A stretch of 64,000 nt of DNA, from contig CAWCGF010000003.1 of NCBI GenBank assembly GCA_963794955.1, positions 125,985 through 189,984 on the forward strand, written 5' to 3'. Below the pieces are notes generated by a model. That model had not been told where the DNA came from. It searched no databases and saw only the letters and a program-made list of their open reading frames with translations. Shown piece by piece: positions 58,729-64,000 of the stretch. Source of the DNA: an uncultured Acidobacteriota bacterium (lineage in GTDB: Bacteria; Acidobacteriota; Blastocatellia; RBC074). Positions within the stretch are counted from its first letter, which is position 1. The number at the start of each line of letters is the position of its first letter. Position numbers and translations under genes: made by a program.

Positions 58729-60099
58729 CTAAGCCAATGTCACTCGGTTTGTCGCTTTCTCGCGCGCGCGATCAAAGTACATCACTTGTCCGCTGCGATA
58801 GGCGTCCACGCCGAGGCGAATCGCGACCATTGCCTTGTAGCCCAACTCCACATCGAAATGCACCGCTTCTTTGCCGCGTATGGCATTGATGAAATTGCCC
58901 TGATGGTCGGATGTCCAGGGTTTGCCTTGATATTCGCCTTTGCTATCAACTTCAACAATCAATTCGTCAACGTTGTATTTCTTCTTGAATTCCTCGCGGT
59001 ACGGGCGTTCGGGCACAATGCGGAGTTTCGAGTTTTCCAGATACAACGTACCTTTTGTGCCGCGAATGAGTTGCGGCTGTCCTTGCGCAAAGCCAGTGGC
59101 ATTAAGCATCGAAGAGCCGATCAGAATGGCGAATTTGCTGGGGAATTCAATCGAAGTAAAGTAGGTGTCAGGCACGTCGCGGACATCGCCGTCTACCGGC
59201 GAATAAATGCCGCCGCCTGCCATCACGCGCGTCGGAAATTCAGGACTGCCAATCGCAAACATAATTGGCGACAGACGATGATAGAACAGGTCCGTCGCAA
59301 TGCCGCCCGAATAATCCCAATACTTGCGCCAGCGGAAGTAGCGATCTTTGTCGAACGGACGCTTTTTCGCATAACCGAGGAAGGCTTTCCAATCAATCGT
59401 CTTCTCGTTTGCTTCAGTGTCGGGATCAATTGTGTAGTAATTCCATTCTCCAATTGGCGTTTGACGAGCGTAGCTGGTCGAAGCCCACAAGACTTTGCCA
59501 ATTGTCCCTTCGGCAATCACGTCGCGCGCTTTCCAATACTGCAAATCCGACAGATGCTGGCTGCCGACCTGAAGCTGCAATTTGGTTTCCGCGACCTTGC
59601 GCGATAGCTCGCGCGCTTCGTCAATCGTGTAGGTCATCGGTTTTTCAAGGTAGACGTGCTTGCTTTGATTGAGGGCTTCCATCGCGTGGCGTGTATGCCA
59701 ATGATCCGGTGAGGCAATTACGACCGCGTCAATGTCTTTGCGCGCGCACAAGTCCTGATAGTTGTGATGAATGTTTTTGTCTTCGACACCGGTTTGTTTT
59801 TGCCCGCGTTGTTTGTGCTTGTCGTAAATATCGCAGATCGCCACGCATTGCACATCGCCCTGAGCATTCTGGCGCTTGAACAGGTTGTTAGTGTGTGCAC
59901 CCATGCGTCCACCCATTCCGATGAAGCCGAAGTTGATGCGATCATTCGCGCCGATGACGCGACGTTTTGATGTATCAATGGTGGGCGCTTCGGTAGTGAA
60001 TTCGGATTCGGCTTTGACAAGCGTGGAGCCTGCGGTTAACGCGGCAGCGCCGATGGTGGATTGCGAAATGAATTTACGGCGAGAAGATTTTTGAGACAT
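58729..60099 (-). CDS. Gfo/Idh/MocA-family oxidoreductase with a Tat signal peptide
   Basis: The Tat signal is MSQKSSRRKFISQSTIGAAALTAGS. The Rossmann motif is INFGFIGMGGRMG. The fold is Gfo/Idh/MocA, with both N- and C-terminal domains. Confidence 0.8.
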   Translation of the reverse strand: MSQKSSRRKFISQSTIGAAALTAGSTLVKAESEFTTEAPTIDTSKRRVIGANDRINFGFIGMGGRMGAHTNNLFKRQNAQGDVQCVAICDIYDKHKQRGQKQTGVEDKNIHHNYQDLCARKDIDAVVIASPDHWHTRHAMEALNQSKHVYLEKPMTYTIDEARELSRKVAETKLQLQVGSQHLSDLQYWKARDVIAEGTIGKVLWASTSYARQTPIGEWNYYTIDPDTEANEKTIDWKAFLGYAKKRPFDKDRYFRWRKYWDYSGGIATDLFYHRLSPIMFAIGSPEFPTRVMAGGGIYSPVDGDVRDVPDTYFTSIEFPSKFAILIGSSMLNATGFAQGQPQLIRGTKGTLYLENSKLRIVPERPYREEFKKKYNVDELIVEVDSKGEYQGKPWTSDHQGNFINAIRGKEAVHFDVELGYKAMVAIRLGVDAYRSGQVMYFDRAREKATNRVTLA

Positions 60100-60124
60100 A
60101 GCGATTCTCCCTGCGAAAGGTTTT

Positions 60125-61135
60125 TTACTCACAATTCAGAACAATTTTGCCGAATTGCCCGGCCTCTTCCATTCGTTCGTGCGACGCGGCGGCATCAGCG
60201 AGTGGAAAGACTTTGTCTACGACGGGTTTGGTGCTGCCGTCTTCGTAGAGCTTTAACATTGCGGCGAATTCTTCTTGTGTGCCCATTGTGGAGCCGCAAA
60301 TATCCAACTGTTTCCAGAAGATGCGACGCAAATCTACAGTTTTTGGCAAGCCGGTAGTTGCTCCATACAGGGCAATGCGTCCGCCGGGTTTAATGATTTC
60401 GACGCATTTGGCCAGTGTTTCGCCACCTACACTGTCAATGACTACGTCTGGGCCGTCGCCGTCGGTCATCCCGACGACCATTTGCGCCCAATCCATGAGC
60501 TTATAATTCGCGCCACCATCTGCGCCGATTTCTTTGGCGCGTTCGATTTTCTCTTCACTGCCGGAGGTCACAAACACATTTGCGCCGAGCTTCTTGGCAA
60601 TTTGTAGCGCGAATGCAGAAACGCCGCCGCCGATGCCTGTTACTAACACGTTATCGCCAGCTTTGACGCGGGCGCGAGTGACGACAGCACGATAAGCAGT
60701 GAGACCTGCAAGCGGGAGCGCCGCCGCTTCTTCCCACGTCAATCCGGTAGGCTTCGCGTGACAATACTCAAACGGCACTTTGACGAATTGCGCATAGGTT
60801 CCATCATCAGGCAAGCCAAGAATATGGAAAGACTTGTGCTGTACACGCGGATCATTGCCCCAACCCATGCCGGGATTAATAACAACGGCTTGGCCGAGCA
60901 ACTCTTTCGGTGCTTCAGCGCCAAGGGCAGCCACTTCGCCCGCGCCGTCCGAGCCGAGGATAATGGGAAATTTTAAGCCTGCGTACATACCTTTGCGAAT
61001 CCACACATCGCGGTGATTAAGCGCGGCAGCTTTAAGTTTGACGACGACTTCGCCCGGTTTTGGTTCGGGATCAGGCCAGTCTTCAAGCTTGAGATTTTCC
61101 GGGTCCCCTTTTTCGTGTAAGACGATTGCTTTCAT
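60125..61135 (-). CDS. Zinc-type alcohol dehydrogenase / quinone oxidoreductase (MDR superfamily)
   Basis: The N-terminus reads MKAIVLHEKGDPENLKLEDWPDPEPKPGEVVVKLKAAALNHRD. The NAD(P) motif is GIGGGVSAFALQIAKKLGA. A GGAGA Shine-Dalgarno sequence sits 8 nt upstream of the ATG. Confidence 0.8.
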   Translation of the reverse strand: MKAIVLHEKGDPENLKLEDWPDPEPKPGEVVVKLKAAALNHRDVWIRKGMYAGLKFPIILGSDGAGEVAALGAEAPKELLGQAVVINPGMGWGNDPRVQHKSFHILGLPDDGTYAQFVKVPFEYCHAKPTGLTWEEAAALPLAGLTAYRAVVTRARVKAGDNVLVTGIGGGVSAFALQIAKKLGANVFVTSGSEEKIERAKEIGADGGANYKLMDWAQMVVGMTDGDGPDVVIDSVGGETLAKCVEIIKPGGRIALYGATTGLPKTVDLRRIFWKQLDICGSTMGTQEEFAAMLKLYEDGSTKPVVDKVFPLADAAASHERMEEAGQFGKIVLNCE

Positions 61136-61154
61136 GAAGTTTCTCCTCAAAAAA

Positions 61155-61238
61155 TGTACAGCAAACGTGACAGTTTGCTGCTGCTTGCATAAATTGTAGA
61201 TGCATCAGTCACCAGCAAACTGGAAAGTTTGCTGTACA
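61155..61238. repeat. 84-bp palindromic element (second copy): tgtacAGCAAACgtgacAGTTTGCTg ... cAGCAAACTggaaAGTTTGCTgtaca
   Basis: It has the same architecture and length as 34097-34180 but a different inner spacer. It lies 20 bp upstream of the MDR oxidoreductase start and right after the thioesterase stop. Confidence 0.6.
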
Positions 61239-61240
61239 TT

Positions 61241-61630
61241 TTAATCTGTTAATGCTGCACGCAATGCTTCTGGCATTTCTGCTGGTTGCCCGTCTTTGGT
61301 GGCGACGACCGTCATCGTGCCTTCGGCGGCAAGTTCATTGTTTTCGTCAAAAAACTGATAGTCATAACGAATGGAACTGCGCCCTAGTTTGCCGACCGTA
61401 ACGCGCAACGTAAATTCAGCGTCCAGTGCCAGCGTGCGTTTGAAGGTGCATTCGGCGTGGATGCGCGGGAAGCCATAGTCGCGTTGCTGGTACAAATGCG
61501 AATAACCGCGCGAGCGCAGCAATTCGGCTTCGCCCTCTTCAAAATAATCAAAATAACGCGGGAAGTTGATGCGAAACGCCGGGTCAGCATCCGCCCAACG
61601 AACGCGGCGCTTTAAGTCAATCGTCGGCAT
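61241..61630 (-). CDS. Acyl-CoA thioesterase (hotdog fold, 4HBT/YbgC-like)
   Basis: The sequence VRWADADPAFRINFPRYFDYFEEGEAELLRSRGYSHLYQQRDYGFPRIHAEC is typical of 4HBT-type thioesterases. Confidence 0.75.
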   Translation of the reverse strand: MPTIDLKRRVRWADADPAFRINFPRYFDYFEEGEAELLRSRGYSHLYQQRDYGFPRIHAECTFKRTLALDAEFTLRVTVGKLGRSSIRYDYQFFDENNELAAEGTMTVVATKDGQPAEMPEALRAALTD

Positions 61631-62083
61631 TTAGTTTTCCTTTTTCTTGAGCATCCCCGGCGAGTTCCATTTGAAAACGTGATAGATCGCTGGTGTATCC
61701 CCAACGTTGCGGATGCTGTGCAATTGATTCGCAGCCTGGAAAATGATCGAGCCGGGGCCGACGCGTTTCAGTTGCCCGTTCACCAGCGATTCGACGGTGC
61801 CTTCTTTGATAATGATGATTTCTTCGTCCGGGTGTTTGTGCGGTTCGTGCGGCGTTGCCCCCGGATTGAGCGTCGTGATATGGCACTCTAATTCGTCCAG
61901 TGTGGCGGTAGGCGCTTGGAAAACCTTGCGGGTGAAGCCAATTTTCGAGGGCTTCACTTCAAAGCTATTCCAATCAAAGATGGATGATCCCATCACCGTA
62001 GGAGCAGTGCGTGCGAAGGCGACGACGGCAAGGGTGGCCGTAATCGCGAGTAGGGCAACGATAAAGTCTCTTTTTTTGAGCAT
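61631..62083 (-). CDS. Secreted cupin-domain protein
   Basis: A signal/TM (MLKKRDFIVALLAITATLAVVAFA) is followed by the cupin motifs HKHPDEEIIIIKEGT...GPGSIIFQAANQLHSIRNVGD. Its stop abuts the thioesterase start. Confidence 0.6.
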   Translation of the reverse strand: MLKKRDFIVALLAITATLAVVAFARTAPTVMGSSIFDWNSFEVKPSKIGFTRKVFQAPTATLDELECHITTLNPGATPHEPHKHPDEEIIIIKEGTVESLVNGQLKRVGPGSIIFQAANQLHSIRNVGDTPAIYHVFKWNSPGMLKKKEN

Positions 62084-62217
62084 AAACAAACCTCGATAAA
62101 AGCACAGCACCTACGCTGCGCGTGGGTTGAGCGTGGTTTGGAAAGAGAGCAATTCCAAAAGAATGATCTTCGTTGCCAGACTCTAATCTATCCAGGTCAT
62201 TCGCGCAACAGGCAGGA

Positions 62218-62907
62218 TTATTTGGCTTTTTTGATCTCTTTCAGCAGGCGCTCGGCATGGTTGCGGGCAATGAGGGGGACACTTTCATCCAGCCTGAGGT
62301 CTTGCAACAAGGCGATAAAGCGTTCGGGATCAGCAATGCTTTTTGACTTCAACTCGCTATCGAGATAGCGCAATTGGGCGGGAGTTGAGATGGGATCACT
62401 CTGACGCACGGCTTCGATTTCGAAAATACGATTTTCCTGGGTGGCCAGATTGCGAAACAGGTTTGCCAATTTGCTCAGGGCTGAATTGTCAGTGTAGTTA
62501 AAGCTGACTTTGCGCTGCTTACCCTCTCGCGTGATTTCAATCGTGATGGTGCCGAGATGAGAGAAATCTTTCTTGTGTTGATAGCTTTCACTGCTGTTCA
62601 GAAAGTCGAGTTCGGCCAGTAAGGCGTTGATCTGCACGATTAGAGCGGAAGAGACAGCGAGCTTATTGATGGTTGGCTCCCGCAACTGCCCGTCCTCTTT
62701 TTTGCGGAAGCGAAACTCGCCTTTGCCATCCGCGCCGAATTCGATTTCGATCCACGGCACAGTGAACTTGTCATTCTCGAACAAATAATGAAATTTTGTT
62801 TCCCCAGAGGCTTCGGGTTTTGAAGAATTGGAGAAGATAAGCTGTGGTTGTGCTTGCAGTGGGAAAATGAATGCCAGGAGGAAGAGGGTGATAACCAAAA
62901 AACGCAT
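62218..62907 (-). CDS. Hypothetical secreted protein (229 aa)
   Basis: The signal peptide is MRFLVITLFLLAFIFPLQAQ. No domain was recognised. Confidence 0.5.
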   Translation of the reverse strand: MRFLVITLFLLAFIFPLQAQPQLIFSNSSKPEASGETKFHYLFENDKFTVPWIEIEFGADGKGEFRFRKKEDGQLREPTINKLAVSSALIVQINALLAELDFLNSSESYQHKKDFSHLGTITIEITREGKQRKVSFNYTDNSALSKLANLFRNLATQENRIFEIEAVRQSDPISTPAQLRYLDSELKSKSIADPERFIALLQDLRLDESVPLIARNHAERLLKEIKKAK

Positions 62908-62985
62908 AGGTTGATTTAACCACGGAGGACACGGAGAGCTTGCTGATCCAGCTTACTCTCCGTGTCCACTATGGCAATAATAAAT

Positions 62986-64000
62986 TTAGTTGCTCGCAAT
63001 TGATTTCTGATTTTTGGGGTCGAACTTTTGCTCAATAAATTTCTGCGCTACAGCTTGTGCGTTATCATAGTTGTTTCCGTTGCTAATCGCTTTGTTGTAC
63101 TCGGCAATAGCACGCTCGCGCTGATCAATGGCATCCCACGCATTGCCGCGATAAATATAACACCAAACTTCAATCCAATCCGGTCGCAAGCTGCCATTCA
63201 AGGCCTGATCGAAGGAATCCAGCGCCTTTTGATAATTGCGCTGTAGCATACACAGAACGCCAAGATTATACCAAGCCCAGGAATTGCCACGATTGAGCTT
63301 GATGGCCGCGTTGAATTGCTGTTCGGCTTCCAGATATTCCTGTTCTTTGACGTGTTCGATGCCGCGCCGCACAACAACGGATTGCCGCAATTCTTCGGAA
63401 CTGCGCATGATCTTGGAATCCGGGTCTATGATGACGTCGAGCGGTTTACTTTTCGTAATGATGTCAAAATCGGCAGAGGTACCCTTCATCACCAAAAGCT
63501 GTTTCTCCGCACCCGCCTCCGTTTTCAGCACAACTTCGACAGGCATTTCAAAAGCTTCGATTTCCTGCTTGACTGTGCCGGGCACGCGGAAGCCATCTTT
63601 CAAGCGCATCATTCGCCAATCGGCATGAAATTCCGGCACGCCCGTCGAATCTACCCATTGCCCGAAGAAGGAACGCAAATTCCGTCCGGCGGCGGTTGAG
63701 GCAATCGTCTCGAACTGGTCAATGCTCACATTTTTCCCCGCTTGTTGCGTGTAATAGTTTTTGAGAAACGCATCGAATTTCTGCTCGCCGAGTAATTGCC
63801 GCAGCATATTGAAAACCACTGCGCCTTTGTAATAAACCACGGAGCGATAGGCGGAAGTCTGATCGTCGAGTTGCTTTGGCGCGTTACGAATCGAAGCCGA
63901 TTGCTCAAAGGCCAGGGCTTTTTCCAGTTCGGCCTGAATTGCCTGCTGGAATTGAGTTTCGTTTTCGGCATCACGGATATAGAGCAACCCGCTGTATTGC
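62986..64000 (-). CDS. C-terminal part of an M1-family (aminopeptidase N-like) metallopeptidase with C-terminal TPR repeats; the 5' end lies beyond the window
   Basis: [23 protein letters not shown] matches the M1 catalytic-Tyr region (Y-x-KGA-x-V-L-HML). The C-terminal ~130 aa are TPR-like ([26 protein letters not shown]...). The ORF is open at 64000. Confidence 0.55.
   Translation of the reverse strand, partial: QYSGLLYIRDAENETQFQQAIQAELEKALAFEQSASIRNAPKQLDDQTSAYRSVVYYKGAVVFNMLRQLLGEQKFDAFLKNYYTQQAGKNVSIDQFETIASTAAGRNLRSFFGQWVDSTGVPEFHADWRMMRLKDGFRVPGTVKQEIEAFEMPVEVVLKTEAGAEKQLLVMKGTSADFDIITKSKPLDVIIDPDSKIMRSSEELRQSVVVRRGIEHVKEQEYLEAEQQFNAAIKLNRGNSWAWYNLGVLCMLQRNYQKALDSFDQALNGSLRPDWIEVWCYIYRGNAWDAIDQRERAIAEYNKAISNGNNYDNAQAVAQKFIEQKFDPKNQKSIASN

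Overview
This is a GC-rich bacterial chromosomal window with no rRNA, tRNA or CRISPR array recognised by eye. The domain repertoire looks Acidobacteria-like (Solibacter/Bryobacter type): tandem genes ending in a shared ~230-aa C-terminal domain reminiscent of the 'Solibacter C-terminal' TIGR03437 family, DUF5666-like GDW repeats, DUF3108 and DUF1499. This taxonomic placement is inference.

Layout from start to end:
- 90-1800: secreted tandem-repeat protein on the minus strand, split by a frameshift.
- 2209-7414: a sigma-54 promoter (TGGCAC-N5-TTGCT) in front of a secreted S8 subtilase that carries C-terminal GIIFSD hexapeptide tandem repeats, followed by a TPR-containing sigma-54 enhancer-binding protein.
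- 7478-21759: ABC permease, PA-IL/LecA-like lectin protein, lytic transglycosylase, DnaC/IstB-like ATPase, moaE, a LOR/SDH (TIGR00300) protein, and two large tandem secreted proteins that share a C-terminal domain; one of them has two CxxCH motifs.
- 22612-32058: pyrimidine cluster on both strands, pyrR-pyrB-[low-GC ORFan]-pyrC (minus) and pyrK-[Tat-signal phosphotriesterase-like]-pyrD-M23-GNAT-pyrF (plus), with a stand-alone ClpX-type zinc-ribbon protein and a DUF1499 protein between the two arms.
- 32154-39292: DUF3108 protein, M28 peptidase, BNR-repeat protein.
- 39736-43257: purE-[ABC-type ATPase + HNH nuclease]-purK. The two inserted genes are low GC and join purK and each other through overlapping ATGA start/stop codons. 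This is a Septu-like (PtuA/PtuB-type) candidate defence module embedded in a purine biosynthesis operon.
- 43384-48793: frameshifted icd, a propeller-containing HisKA_3 sensor kinase and a NarL-type response regulator.
- 48800-58700: a ~10 kb AT-rich island encoding only secreted proteins in a twice-repeated gene order (4-Cys C-terminal-domain protein, small paralogous peptide, TolB-like propeller, tectonin-like lectin), plus three genes carrying a second uncharacterised repeated domain.
- 58729-64000: Gfo/Idh/MocA and MDR oxidoreductases, thioesterase, cupin, a hypothetical secreted protein and a partial M1-like peptidase.

A family of ~84-bp palindromic elements with core GCAAACT-N4-AGTTTGC sits upstream of two genes, and a third related inverted-repeat element lies downstream of one of them. 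A heptamer microsatellite (TTGGTCA)n is found at two loci. Two apparent frameshifts (repeat protein, icd) suggest either draft-quality sequence or pseudogenes.
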